NCBI GenBank assembly: GCA_039591655.1
Contig: JBDHDE010000004.1
Span: 11,130-75,129 of the forward strand
Length of the DNA: 64,000 bases
Origin: Gemmatimonadota bacterium
GTDB taxonomy: Bacteria > Gemmatimonadota > Gemmatimonadetes > Gemmatimonadales > GWC2-71-9
Direction: 5' to 3'
The notes beneath the pieces were generated by a model that saw only the letters and a list, made by a program, of their open reading frames with translations, was not told the origin of the DNA and searched no databases. Made by a program: the position numbers and the translations under genes. Of the stretch, positions 37,462 to 49,162 are shown one piece after another (positions within the stretch are counted from its first letter, which is position 1; every line of letters begins with the position of its first letter).

Positions 37462-38454
37462 ATGATGTGGATCGCCGTTGGCCTCCTCCTGCTCTGCGGC
37501 TTGGCGGCCCTGGCGTGGTACGTGACCGCCATGCCGGAAACGTCGTACCGGGGTGAGCTCCCGCCGCTGGGGGAACGCCAACGGGAGCTGCGCGACCGCC
37601 TGGAGCGGCACGTCGTGGTGCTGGCTGGCGAGATCGGGGAACGGCACGTCTGGCGCCTGGGTGCTCTGGAGGCGGCCGCGCAGTACATCGAGGACGAGCT
37701 TGCGGCGCTGGGCTACCCCGTGGGGAGCCAATCCTACGATGCGCTGCACGCCACTGTGCGCAACCTCCACATCGAGCTCTCAGGCGGAGAGCGGCGCGAG
37801 GAGATCGTCGTGCTCGGGGCCCACTACGACTCGGTGGTGGGGTGTCCCGGGGCGAACGACAACGGGACGGGGGTAGCGGCGCTCCTTGAGCTGGCACGGC
37901 TCGCTGCGGGGCGCCGCTTCACCAGGACCCTCCGGTTCGTAGCGTTCGTCAACGAGGAGCCGCCGTTTTACTTCACCGGCTCCATGGGGAGCCGCGTGTA
38001 CGCGCGCCAGTGCCGTGCTCAGGGCGACCGGATCGTCGGCATGCTCTCCCTCGAGACGATCGGCTGCTACTCGGACCGGATGGGGAGCCAGCGCTACCCC
38101 TTCCCCTTCGGTTTGCTGTATCCGCGCATGGGGAACTTCATCGGCATCGTCGGGAACCTGCGCTCGCGTGCCCTCGTGCGACGTTGCGTCGGCGCCTTTA
38201 GGCGCCAGGCACGGTTCCCCTGCGAGGGTGCCGCAGCGCCGGGATACCTCCCCGGCGTGTTTTGGTCCGACCATTGGTCTTTCTGGCGGGAGGGCTACCG
38301 CGCCGCCATGGTCACGGACACGGCGCCGTTCCGCTACGCCCATTACCACACTCCCCATGACACCCCCGACCAGGTGGATTACGACGGCACCGCGCGGGTC
38401 GTGGAAGGGCTCGCCGGGGTGATGGAGGAGCTCGCCGGCGGCGCGTCAGGGTAG
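37462..38454 (+). CDS. M28 family metallopeptidase
   Basis: GAHYDS, PGANDNGTG, NEEPP, LETIG, SDH, YHTPHD; N-terminal TM. Confidence 0.9.
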   Translation: MMWIAVGLLLLCGLAALAWYVTAMPETSYRGELPPLGERQRELRDRLERHVVVLAGEIGERHVWRLGALEAAAQYIEDELAALGYPVGSQSYDALHATVRNLHIELSGGERREEIVVLGAHYDSVVGCPGANDNGTGVAALLELARLAAGRRFTRTLRFVAFVNEEPPFYFTGSMGSRVYARQCRAQGDRIVGMLSLETIGCYSDRMGSQRYPFPFGLLYPRMGNFIGIVGNLRSRALVRRCVGAFRRQARFPCEGAAAPGYLPGVFWSDHWSFWREGYRAAMVTDTAPFRYAHYHTPHDTPDQVDYDGTARVVEGLAGVMEELAGGASG

Positions 38455-38477
38455 GCCACGGAGCACCGCGGCGCCGC

Positions 38478-40922
38478 TCACTGGCCGATGGGCGTCCCTG
38501 GCGGGGGAGGCCGCGGTCGGCTGCGGTCGGTGGGGTCGTATGGCCGGCTGAGGAATCGCTCGACCTCCTCCCAGGCGTGCTGCAGGTGGGCCTGCTCCTC
38601 GGGGAGCCGGGGCGACCGGGTCTGGATGCTCTCGGAGATCCAGCGCAGCCCCCACTCGGCGGCGGCCCGGGACTCAGGAGTGGCAGCTGCGTTGCTCGCC
38701 AGATCGATCAGCTCGTCCACCACCACCCGCTGCACCACGCGGCGCAGCGCCGCCTCCGCACCCCGCGGCTGCGTGCCCCAGGTGCGCTCATTGAGGCGGG
38801 CGATCACCTCCTCCAGCGCCGGGACTTCACTCATGCGCTGGTGCAGCGCCGTGAGCCGGGCGGCGCGGCGCGGTGCCAACAGGTTCCCGACGATCATCGC
38901 TGCGAGCGTGCGGGCGGCCCCGATCTGGTCGAACGCCGGGTAGGCGTCGGAGCCGAAGGACCATTGGTCGGTCCGCTGGCCGAGCGCCCGCGGCGCCATG
39001 AGCTGGAGCACACCCTCCGGAATCGCCAACTGCTCCGGCTCGAGGGCGTCGAGCACGAGCTCGAGGGCCCGGCGCTGCCGCTCGGGCTCGATGATCCGAG
39101 TTGGCACCAGGCTGTCGCCGCGCACGGCATAACGGTACTCCATGCCGCCGACGGCCTTGGTCGCCGCCTCCAGGGCGTAGCGGTGGTGCAGGTACACGGG
39201 CACGAACCGCTGATTGAGCCACACCAGCGGATCGCCTTCCCGGATAGCGCGCTCGTCGAACCGCTCGATGAGCGTTTGGCGAACCTCCATCACACGGGCC
39301 AGCTCGTCCACTGCGTCGTCCCCGTTGATCCACCGGGTAACCTCCGGATAGGAGCCCGAGACGGTGGCGTCGCCGTCGGTCAGGAATGCCACCCCGCTGT
39401 CCAGTGCCTCCTGCACGATGGCCCGCAGGCCCGCGGCTTCTTCTGCGGCGTCTGCGAATTCGGTGTAGCCGTAGCGGATGGCGATGGAGTCGTAGGCGCC
39501 CGGCCCGTCGCGGTAAGCATCCGAGAGGTCGATGGCGCCCTCCCCCAGCCGGATCAGGGGACCAGGGTAATCCATGACCGAAGCGCGGCCGTAGCTCGCC
39601 GCGATGAAGTTGTGTGCCAACCCCAGGGTGTGACCGACCTCGTGGGCGGCGTGCTGCCGGCGCCGCGCCATGGTGAACTCCACGGCCGTCACGTTGGAGT
39701 CGAGGGAGGCGAGCCAGTCGCCGAAGGCGCCCTCGTCGAGCTCGGCCAGGCCGGGGAGGGTTGCGGCGTAGATGTTGTAGTCCGTGAGAGAGCGGTAGGA
39801 GTCCATCCGGACCGCCGCCTTGATGATCTCGCCCGTGCGGGGATCGATGAACGAGGGCCCGATGGAGAACCCCGCGTCGCTGCGGTGCACCCACTGGATC
39901 ACGTTGAACCGGGCGTCCAGGGGATCCATCTCCTCGGGCATGTCCTCGACGCGGAAGGCGTTGACGAAACCGGCCGCTTCGAACACCCGGTTCCACCACA
40001 TCGCCCCCTCCCGAAAGGCCGAGCGATAGGGCTCGGGAATGCCCCAGTCCAGGTAATAGACGATGGGCTCCACCGGCTCCGAGGAAGCGGCGGTCGGATC
40101 CCGTCTGGTGAGGCGGTGTCGAGCGATGTAGCCGTCCTCGTAGCGTGAATCGAGGGGGCGCGAGAAGTCGTAGAACGACATCTGGTAGTTGCCGATGCGC
40201 GGGTCGCCCCGACGGGGCCGGAAGCCCTCGTCCGGGAGTCGCACCAGGGAGTGATGCTGCCTGAGGGTGACCGCGCCTGCGGCGGGAGCGTGCTGCCGCA
40301 CCAGGGATCCTGGCTCGCTCGATGTGAACGTGAGTGAGACCTCGACCTCGGTGTTGAGCGGGAAAGCCCTGGTCCGCGGCAAGTATACTGTGCTCCGGTC
40401 CTGCTCGAGGGAGAAGCGCCCCTGGTCGGCCCGCTCGAGCCGCCGTGGCACCCCCGCATGGTCCGCCACGAAGTGGGACGTGGCATCGACCAGGAGGCGC
40501 CCGCCCTCCTCCGCCAAGATCTCGAAGGCTGCCACCGTGGACGTGGGGAACGATTCCTCCACCGAGCGACGCAAGGCCGCGTTGTCGGTGTTCACGGCGC
40601 GGAACCGCGGATTGCGCAGCACCAACAGGACCTTGGGGCCCACCCGCTCGAAGCGCGCGATCCACTCGTCCATGATCGTTCCCCGGTCGAGGCCCAGGCG
40701 GGTGTGGCCCATACCGGTGGCCAGCGAGGTGAGGTAGATGAACTCCCGGCCGGGCTGTGGGATCTCCAGCAGCAGTCGACCGCCCGCGGCATCCCAGTAG
40801 AGTGGGAAGAAGCCGTCTCGCTTCTCCATGCCCCTCGTGTAGTCGCCGACGGACTGCTGGGCGGTACCGTCCAGCGGGGCGGCGAGCAGGGCGGCGAGCG
40901 CGACTAGGAAGACGCGGCGCAT
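38478..40922 (-). CDS. Exported zinc-dependent metalloprotease (metzincin type, DUF5117/DUF4953-like)
   Basis: HEVGHTLGLAHNF, SVMDY Met-turn, DPRTGEI, YDSIAIRYGY; AAGGAG RBS before MRRVFL. Confidence 0.9.
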   Translation of the reverse strand: MRRVFLVALAALLAAPLDGTAQQSVGDYTRGMEKRDGFFPLYWDAAGGRLLLEIPQPGREFIYLTSLATGMGHTRLGLDRGTIMDEWIARFERVGPKVLLVLRNPRFRAVNTDNAALRRSVEESFPTSTVAAFEILAEEGGRLLVDATSHFVADHAGVPRRLERADQGRFSLEQDRSTVYLPRTRAFPLNTEVEVSLTFTSSEPGSLVRQHAPAAGAVTLRQHHSLVRLPDEGFRPRRGDPRIGNYQMSFYDFSRPLDSRYEDGYIARHRLTRRDPTAASSEPVEPIVYYLDWGIPEPYRSAFREGAMWWNRVFEAAGFVNAFRVEDMPEEMDPLDARFNVIQWVHRSDAGFSIGPSFIDPRTGEIIKAAVRMDSYRSLTDYNIYAATLPGLAELDEGAFGDWLASLDSNVTAVEFTMARRRQHAAHEVGHTLGLAHNFIAASYGRASVMDYPGPLIRLGEGAIDLSDAYRDGPGAYDSIAIRYGYTEFADAAEEAAGLRAIVQEALDSGVAFLTDGDATVSGSYPEVTRWINGDDAVDELARVMEVRQTLIERFDERAIREGDPLVWLNQRFVPVYLHHRYALEAATKAVGGMEYRYAVRGDSLVPTRIIEPERQRRALELVLDALEPEQLAIPEGVLQLMAPRALGQRTDQWSFGSDAYPAFDQIGAARTLAAMIVGNLLAPRRAARLTALHQRMSEVPALEEVIARLNERTWGTQPRGAEAALRRVVQRVVVDELIDLASNAAATPESRAAAEWGLRWISESIQTRSPRLPEEQAHLQHAWEEVERFLSRPYDPTDRSRPRPPPPGTPIGQ

Positions 40923-41067
40923 ACGGGGCTCCTTGGACGGTGGCAGCTCTCGGTGGACGTGCAGAACGGCCAAAGTTGGGGCGGCCGGCGGGAAACCGAA
41001 AGCGCAAGCGGTCCCCTGTTGCCGCCGGCGTGGTGCCAGGGTGTCGCTGAGGCTGGCGGCCTCTCCG

Positions 41068-41092
41068 TAAGTGGTTTTCGATGAATGACTTA
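41068..41092. promoter_or_regulatory. 25-bp AT-rich dyad (IHF-like half sites)
   Basis: TAAGTGGTTTTCGATGAATGACTTA; same architecture as 22639-22663. Confidence 0.5.
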
Positions 41093-41173
41093 TGTCGTAT
41101 CTGGGGAGATCGTGGCTTTGCCGGGTACCAGAGGAGCCCTACCTTGGCCGGGGGCTCTCAGGGAGTCGACAGC

Positions 41174-42199
41174 GTGGATCCTGTAACGGTGGGCCTGCTG
41201 GCAGTAGTCCTCGTTCTCGCTACGGCGCTGGTTGTGGCATTGCTCCGTTGGGGGAGTATCCCCGGGGCGCTGCAGCAGCAACTCGTCGAGCTGCGGTCGC
41301 GGATGGATACCCTGGTGAACACCCAGGGCGAGGTGCCCAGGACGTTGGCCGAGGGGAGTGCGGAGCAGGCCAGGTCCCTGGCGGACGTGCGGGAACAGCT
41401 GGCCAGGCTGCAGGACGCGACCGCCCGGCTGGAGACGGTGGGGCGGGCGGTGCTGGACGTACAGGAGCTGCTCAAGGTCCCCAAGCTGCGCGGGACTCTC
41501 GGGGAGGTATGGCTGGAGGAGCTTCTGCGGCAGGTCTTCCCCGAGGGCCTGTACCAAACCCAGTACGGCTTCCGCACCGGTGAGCGGGTGGACGCCGTGG
41601 TACGTGTCGGGGATCGGCTGCTCCCCATCGACGCCAAGTTCCCGCTCGAGTCCTGTCAGCGGCTGTTCGCCGCCGCGCCGGACCAGGCCGACCGCGAGCG
41701 GCGCGCCTTCCGCCGTACTCTCAAGGCCCGCATCGACGAGATCGCCGACAAGTATATCCGTCCTGAAGAGGGCACCTTCGACTTCGCTTTCATGTACGTG
41801 CCGGCGGAGAACGTCTACTACGAAGCCGTGGTGCGTGGGGAAGCGGTCGAGGACGACCAGGGCGTTGTGGCCTACGCGCTGGAGCGCCGGGTGATCCCGG
41901 TTTCGCCCAACACCTTCTATGCCTACCTGGCAGCCATCCTCCACGGCCTCCGCGGGCTCGAGGTCGAGCAGCGGGCGCGGGAGATCCTGGCGTCCCTGAC
42001 CGGCCTCGAGCAACAGGTGACGCGGTTTCAGCAGACCCACGAGCTCGTGGGCCGGCACCTGGAGCACGCCGTGAAGCAGCACGCCCAGGCCAGCGCCGAG
42101 CTGGCAGGGGTGCGCCAGCGGGTGGAGCGGCTCACCGGCGTGGAGCCGTCGGCGCGGACGGCCCTTGCGGGGTCGGATTCACGCCGTGCCGGCAGTTGA
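41174..42199 (+). CDS. rmuC: DNA recombination protein RmuC
   Basis: N-terminal TM, coiled coil, RGTLGE, VD, IDAKFP, KYI, FAFMYVPAE, VSPNT. Start uncertain. Confidence 0.9.
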   Translation: MDPVTVGLLAVVLVLATALVVALLRWGSIPGALQQQLVELRSRMDTLVNTQGEVPRTLAEGSAEQARSLADVREQLARLQDATARLETVGRAVLDVQELLKVPKLRGTLGEVWLEELLRQVFPEGLYQTQYGFRTGERVDAVVRVGDRLLPIDAKFPLESCQRLFAAAPDQADRERRAFRRTLKARIDEIADKYIRPEEGTFDFAFMYVPAENVYYEAVVRGEAVEDDQGVVAYALERRVIPVSPNTFYAYLAAILHGLRGLEVEQRAREILASLTGLEQQVTRFQQTHELVGRHLEHAVKQHAQASAELAGVRQRVERLTGVEPSARTALAGSDSRRAGS

Positions 42200-42272
42200 C
42201 GACTGCTTGACGGGCCTCCTCGAGGCTCGACCCGAGGGACAGACCCGGCTCGAGGGCTCTGGTGTGAAGCGT

Positions 42273-43328
42273 ATGCGGGTATTGCTAGGTATTCTCGGCG
42301 CGGGCTTCGTGGCCGCCTGTTCCCACGGCGGGGGCGGTCAGTCCAGCGGAGTTACCGTCCTGACCCGCAACGTCTACGTGGGCACCGACGTCGACCAGGT
42401 GATGCGGGCGACGACGCCCGAGAACCTGTTGGAGCGCGTCGACGCGGCGTGGCAGATGCTCGCGGCCACGGACTTCGCCGAGCGTGCGGCGGCCCTCGCC
42501 GACGAGATCGCGGACGCCCGGCCACACCTCATAGGCCTCCAGGAGATCACGGTGATCCGGATCCAGTCCCCCGGCGATGCCGCCGCGGGCGGTACGGTCC
42601 CGGCCGAGGACGAGGTGTGGGACTATCTGGCGATTCTCATGGACGCGCTGGCGGAGCGCGGTCTGAGCTATCAGGTGGCCGGCGTCATCCAGGAGTCGGA
42701 CGTGGAGATCCCTCGTGGCAATGCCACCTTCGACGACGTGCGCGTGACGGACTACGACGTGGTCTTGGCGCGCAGCGATGTAGCGGTGTCCGACGTGGAA
42801 GCCGCGAACTATGCCGCGACGCTCGCGGTGCCCACGCCCGTCGGCGACATCGAGCTACGGCGCGGCTGGGTGGCCCTGGATGCACGGGTGGGCGGTGAGA
42901 CCTACCGGTTCGTGAGCACCCACCTCGAGCCGGCCGATCACACCGACCGGGTCCAGGCCGCGCAGGTGGCCGAGCTGCTGGACGTGCTGGCCGACGAATC
43001 GCTACCCATCATCCTCGTGGGGGACCTCAACACCAGAGCGGATGGTAACGGCACGCCCACTTATCAGATGCTGCTCGACGCCGGGTTCGAGGATGCGTGG
43101 ACCTCCGGCGGTGACCCCGGGGCTGCCGGGACGACCTGCTGCCACGATCTGGATCTGCGCAACGCGTCCCCGCAGCTGGATGAGCGCATCGATTTCGTCC
43201 TCATCAGAAATGCCGAGCGCGTCGTGATCGAGGCCTGGGTCGTCGGGGACGAGCTCACCGACCGCACGCCCTCCGGACTGTGGCCGTCGGATCACGCGGG
43301 CGTGGCGGCCAGGATCAGAGCGCCATAG
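42273..43328 (+). CDS. Endonuclease/exonuclease/phosphatase family lipoprotein
   Basis: Lipobox VAAC, TRN, GLQE, THL, GDLN, RIDFV, PSDH. Confidence 0.85.
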   Translation: MRVLLGILGAGFVAACSHGGGGQSSGVTVLTRNVYVGTDVDQVMRATTPENLLERVDAAWQMLAATDFAERAAALADEIADARPHLIGLQEITVIRIQSPGDAAAGGTVPAEDEVWDYLAILMDALAERGLSYQVAGVIQESDVEIPRGNATFDDVRVTDYDVVLARSDVAVSDVEAANYAATLAVPTPVGDIELRRGWVALDARVGGETYRFVSTHLEPADHTDRVQAAQVAELLDVLADESLPIILVGDLNTRADGNGTPTYQMLLDAGFEDAWTSGGDPGAAGTTCCHDLDLRNASPQLDERIDFVLIRNAERVVIEAWVVGDELTDRTPSGLWPSDHAGVAARIRAP

Positions 43329-43340
43329 TTTTCGGGCACT

Positions 43341-43976
43341 ATGTCGACCCCGTTGCTCATCAGCGCTGTGGTGTTCGCTGGCCTCGCGCTGGCGTTGTTC
43401 CTCGGCGGCCTCGTGGCCATGAAGCGCCGGCGCTTCCTGGGAACCGCCGCGAGTCTCCTCCTGGGACTGCTGCTCCTCAGCCTGGCGGGACTGTCGATCA
43501 CGATCTCCGTGGCCATCCAGGGCTACCGGGCCTTCACGAGAGAGGAGCTGGTAGCCACCGTGGAGACGCGGCCCACGGGCGTGCAGAGCTTCAACGCCAC
43601 GTTCCGGTTCCCGGACGGCTCCGAGCGGACGTTCAGCCTCTCCGGGGACGAGTTCTACGTCGATGCACACATCCTCAAGTGGAAGCCCCTCGCCAATCTC
43701 CTGGGGTTGCACACGGCCTACGAGCTGGATCGCGTTGCCGGTCGCTACGCCGATCTCGAGGACGAGCAGACGAAAGCGCGGACTGTGTTCTCCCTCGCAG
43801 AGCAGAAGCCGGTGGACCTGTTCGACCTGCGCCGCCGGTTCCCCCTGCTCAAGCCGCTGGTGGACGCCGAGTACGGTTCGGCGACCTTCATGCTCGCTGA
43901 CGAGCGGGCTGAGTTCGAGGTGCGGGTGAGTACGACGGGCCTTTTGATTCGCCGTCTGGACGAGGAGGTGGGCTGA
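43341..43976 (+). CDS. Hypothetical membrane protein (two N-terminal TM helices plus a soluble domain)
   Basis: Two hydrophobic helices; the ORF fills the gap between neighbours on the same strand. Confidence 0.7.
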   Translation: MSTPLLISAVVFAGLALALFLGGLVAMKRRRFLGTAASLLLGLLLLSLAGLSITISVAIQGYRAFTREELVATVETRPTGVQSFNATFRFPDGSERTFSLSGDEFYVDAHILKWKPLANLLGLHTAYELDRVAGRYADLEDEQTKARTVFSLAEQKPVDLFDLRRRFPLLKPLVDAEYGSATFMLADERAEFEVRVSTTGLLIRRLDEEVG

Positions 43977-44013
43977 GGCTCGAGGGCCGTCCCCCGGGGA
44001 GACGCTGGTCTGC

Positions 44014-44039
44014 GGGGGGGTGCCGGGAGGCGCCCCCCC
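44014..44039. terminator. GC-rich hairpin
   Basis: GGGGGGGTGCC-GGGA-GGCGCCCCCCC, 11-bp stem with one U-G pair, no U tract. Confidence 0.4.
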
Positions 44040-44077
44040 CTCGTATGGGCGGGGCCCGCAGTGAAAGGAATCTTTAT

Positions 44078-46007
<1,930 letters not shown>

Positions 46008-46072
46008 TCGGCCCCCTGGCTCCCCAGGTGACGGTCGACTGTCGACCAGCTTAGGATTTCCTTGTAGGATGT

Positions 46073-46105
46073 GGCTGTGGGGAGGAGCCCCTCCTCCCCA
46101 CAGCC
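46073..46105. promoter_or_regulatory. Perfect 15-bp inverted repeat between gdhA and the receiver/ATP-grasp gene
   Basis: GGCTGTGGGGAGGAG-CCC-CTCCTCCCCACAGCC. Confidence 0.6.
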
Positions 46106-46129
46106 GGTGCCCGCTGCGGGGAGATCCCG

Positions 46130-49100
46130 ATGGGTCCAGAGAGTTCGGGGGAGATACGACACGCAGAGTACCGGAGCCGGCAGAGCCGGTTCCAGTACCT
46201 GATGTCATATCACGTCCAGGACATCCTGCTCGTCACCAGCCTCTACGACTCCTTCATCCTGTCCGAGGACGGCAATCTCGGTGAGCTGATCCTCACCGAG
46301 TTCCTCGATCTCAACCTGCGGCACTCGCCCGAGCTCACCCACGTCTCGACCGGCGAGGGGGCCCTGGCGCTCGCGACCGAGCGGCGACGGTACGATCTCA
46401 TCATCTCCAGCCTCAATCTCGGCGACATGAACGTCCTGGAGTTCGCCGAGAAGCTCAAGGCAGCCGGCCTCGACACGCCGGTCGTGCTCCTGGCCTACGA
46501 TGCACGCGAGCTCACCGACTTCGCCGCCAACAACGACATCTCCGGGCTGGAGCGGGTCTTCCTCTGGCAGGGCGATGTGAAGATCCTGCTGGCCATCGTG
46601 AAGTACATCGAGGACCGCAGGAACCTCCGGCACGACACCGGGGAGGCGGGCGTTCCCGCCATCATCGTGGTGGAGGACAACGTCCGGTACTACTCCTCGT
46701 TCCTTCCCGTGATCTACAGCGAGCTCATGCTGCACGCGCACAACCTCATGCCCGAGGGTCTGAATCGCGCGCACAAGCTCATGCGGATCCGGGCGAGGCC
46801 GAAGATCCTGCTCTGCGAGACCTACGAGGAGGCGTGGGGGTTCATCACCGACTACCCAGACGAGATCCTCGGGCTCATCTCCGACATCGAGTTTCCGCGC
46901 GGTGGCAGGTTCGATCCGCTCGCCGGCGTGGCGTTGGCGAAGGAGGTCCGGGCGCTTCGGCATGACATCCCCATCATGCTCCAGTCAAGCAAGCCCGAGA
47001 ACGAAGAGCTCGCGCATCAGGCGGGTGCGTCCTTCCTGCTAAAAGACTCCCCCGTCCTGCTTCACCAGCTGCGTGACTTCATGGCCGACGGTTTCGGGTT
47101 CGGCGACTTCGTGTTCCGGCTCGCCGACGGGACCGAGCTGGATCGGGCGCAGGATCTGCAGGGGTTGATCGAGAGGCTCTGGACGGTGCCGGCGGAGAGC
47201 ATTGCGCACCACGCGGCCGGCAATCACTTCTCGCGCTGGCTCAAGACCCGCACCGAGTTCTCTCTCGCGGAGAGTCTGCGCCCCCGGCAACTGTCCGATT
47301 TCGGAGGCGTCGAGGAGCTGCGCCACTACCTCATTCGCTCCATCGAGCAGTACCGGCGGGAGCAGAATCGCGGGGTCGTGGTCGATTTCGAGCGGGAGCG
47401 CTTCGATGGCTCGGTGCCGTTCACCCGCGTGGGTTCGGGGTCGATGGGGGGCAAGGCCCGCGGTCTGGCATTCGTGAATTACCTGCTCAAGGACGCATAT
47501 GCATTCACGCAGTTCCCGGGAGTGCGCATCAATGTTCCCCCGTCGGTGGTGCTGGGTACCGACATCTTCGACGACTTCCTGGACCGGAATGACCTGCGTG
47601 ATTTCGCCATCGAATGTGACGACGACAGGAAGATCCTGAAGCGCTTCATCGAGGGGCGTTTCCCTCCGGCGGTCAAGCGGGACCTGGCGGTCTTCCTACG
47701 GCACATGCGGCATCCCCTGGCAGTACGATCGTCGAGCCTGCTCGAGGACAACCAGTACCAGCCCTTCGCCGGGATCTACGAGACGTTCATGCTGCCGAAC
47801 AACCGCGGCGATCTTAACACGCGGTTGAAGCGCCTCGTCGCCGCGATCACCAAGGTATACGCCTCCACGTTCTCCTCGCACGCCAAGGCATACCTGGATG
47901 CTACGCCGTATCGGCTCGAGGAAGAGAAGATGGCGGTGGTGATCCAGGAGATGGTGGGCGCGCCGCACGGTGGAGTATTCTATCCGGATTTCGCCGGTGT
48001 GGCGCGGTCCCATAACTACTATCCCACGGCGCCGTGCAGGTCCGAGGACGGCATCGCGGCAGTGGCGCTGGGACTCGGCCGGACGGTGATGGATGGGGAG
48101 CGGTGCCTCCGGTTCTGCCCTCGATACCCACGGCATGTACTGCAGTTCTCCTCCGTGCAGGAGTTCCTGAGCTACTCACAGCGGGAGTTCTGGGCGCTCG
48201 ACCTCAGCAGGGAGGGACGCGACCCCCGCGGGGGTCACGGCCGTGACGATGAGCGAATGATCCGGCTCGGTCTGGAGCACGCCGAGCAGCACGGGACGCT
48301 GCAGGCCGTTGGGTCGACCTACTCCGACGAAAACGATGCGGTGTACGACGGCTTGTCACGCCCTGGTGTACGGCTGGTGAGCTTCGCGCCGGTCCTCAAG
48401 CATCAGCTCTTCCCGCTCGCCCAGGTCCTCGACTACCTCCTGGAGTTGGGCGAGCAGGGCACCAGCGCGCCCGTGGAGATCGAGTTCGCCGTCAATCTCT
48501 CCACGCCCGCCGGACAGCCCAAGGACTTCGGCTTCCTCCAGATGCGACCACTGGCGGTCACCCGGGAGTTCGAGGAGCTGAAGATCGGCGATGTGCGGCG
48601 GGAGGACCTCGTGGTGGAGAGCCCGTGCGTTCTCGGCCACGGAAGGATCGGGTACATCCGTGACGTCGTGGTCATCGACTACCACCGATTCGAGCGCTCG
48701 ACGAGCCACGAGGCCGCCGCTGAGGTCGCGAGGCTCAATGCCGAGCTCAAGGCGAGTGGGACTCCGTACCTCCTGATCGGCGTCGGTCGGTGGGGTTCCG
48801 TGGACCCTTGGCTGGGGATCCCGGTGACCTGGGACCAGATCGCGGGGGTGCGGGTGATCGTCGAGGCGGGCTTCAAGGATCTCCGAGTTACGCCGTCCCA
48901 GGGGACACACTTCTTCCAGAACCTGAGCTCGAACAACGTGGGCTACTTCACGGTCAACCAGGATGCCGACGAGGGGTTGGTGGACTGGGATTGGCTGGCC
49001 GGGCAGCAGGCGGTGAAGGAGATCCGCAACGTCCGCCACTTGAGATTTGATGAGCCCCTCGTGATCACCATGAACGGCAAGACCAATAGAGGGGTGATCT

Positions 49101-49162
49101 TCAAGCCGGGCGCGGCGGCCCGCAACGACGTGGCAGTCGACAGCCTGGGAGCTGGACCCTAG
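46130..49162 (+). CDS. Receiver-like domains fused to a PEP-synthase/PPDK-type nucleotide-binding domain and a putative phospho-His domain
   Basis: IVVEDN...ISDIEFP...LQSS...LLK receiver; GGKARGL, AVRSSSLLED, FAGIYET, VVIQEMV, GLG, IEFA, LQMRP ATP-grasp motifs; SQGTHFF near the C-terminus. Confidence 0.85.
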   Translation: MGPESSGEIRHAEYRSRQSRFQYLMSYHVQDILLVTSLYDSFILSEDGNLGELILTEFLDLNLRHSPELTHVSTGEGALALATERRRYDLIISSLNLGDMNVLEFAEKLKAAGLDTPVVLLAYDARELTDFAANNDISGLERVFLWQGDVKILLAIVKYIEDRRNLRHDTGEAGVPAIIVVEDNVRYYSSFLPVIYSELMLHAHNLMPEGLNRAHKLMRIRARPKILLCETYEEAWGFITDYPDEILGLISDIEFPRGGRFDPLAGVALAKEVRALRHDIPIMLQSSKPENEELAHQAGASFLLKDSPVLLHQLRDFMADGFGFGDFVFRLADGTELDRAQDLQGLIERLWTVPAESIAHHAAGNHFSRWLKTRTEFSLAESLRPRQLSDFGGVEELRHYLIRSIEQYRREQNRGVVVDFERERFDGSVPFTRVGSGSMGGKARGLAFVNYLLKDAYAFTQFPGVRINVPPSVVLGTDIFDDFLDRNDLRDFAIECDDDRKILKRFIEGRFPPAVKRDLAVFLRHMRHPLAVRSSSLLEDNQYQPFAGIYETFMLPNNRGDLNTRLKRLVAAITKVYASTFSSHAKAYLDATPYRLEEEKMAVVIQEMVGAPHGGVFYPDFAGVARSHNYYPTAPCRSEDGIAAVALGLGRTVMDGERCLRFCPRYPRHVLQFSSVQEFLSYSQREFWALDLSREGRDPRGGHGRDDERMIRLGLEHAEQHGTLQAVGSTYSDENDAVYDGLSRPGVRLVSFAPVLKHQLFPLAQVLDYLLELGEQGTSAPVEIEFAVNLSTPAGQPKDFGFLQMRPLAVTREFEELKIGDVRREDLVVESPCVLGHGRIGYIRDVVVIDYHRFERSTSHEAAAEVARLNAELKASGTPYLLIGVGRWGSVDPWLGIPVTWDQIAGVRVIVEAGFKDLRVTPSQGTHFFQNLSSNNVGYFTVNQDADEGLVDWDWLAGQQAVKEIRNVRHLRFDEPLVITMNGKTNRGVIFKPGAAARNDVAVDSLGAGP

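Noticed and set aside
38577..41007. Long alternative-frame ORFs (726 aa minus, 523 aa plus) over the metalloprotease
   Set aside because: Arg/Pro/Gly-rich or antisense shadows without motifs, typical of high-GC codon bias. The same applies to 6693..8336, 13390..14931 and 22520..24004.
41174..43328. rmuC plus EEP nuclease-fold gene as a defence system
   Set aside because: RmuC is a widespread chromosomal gene, the EEP protein is an exported lipoprotein, and there are no defence or mobility genes nearby.
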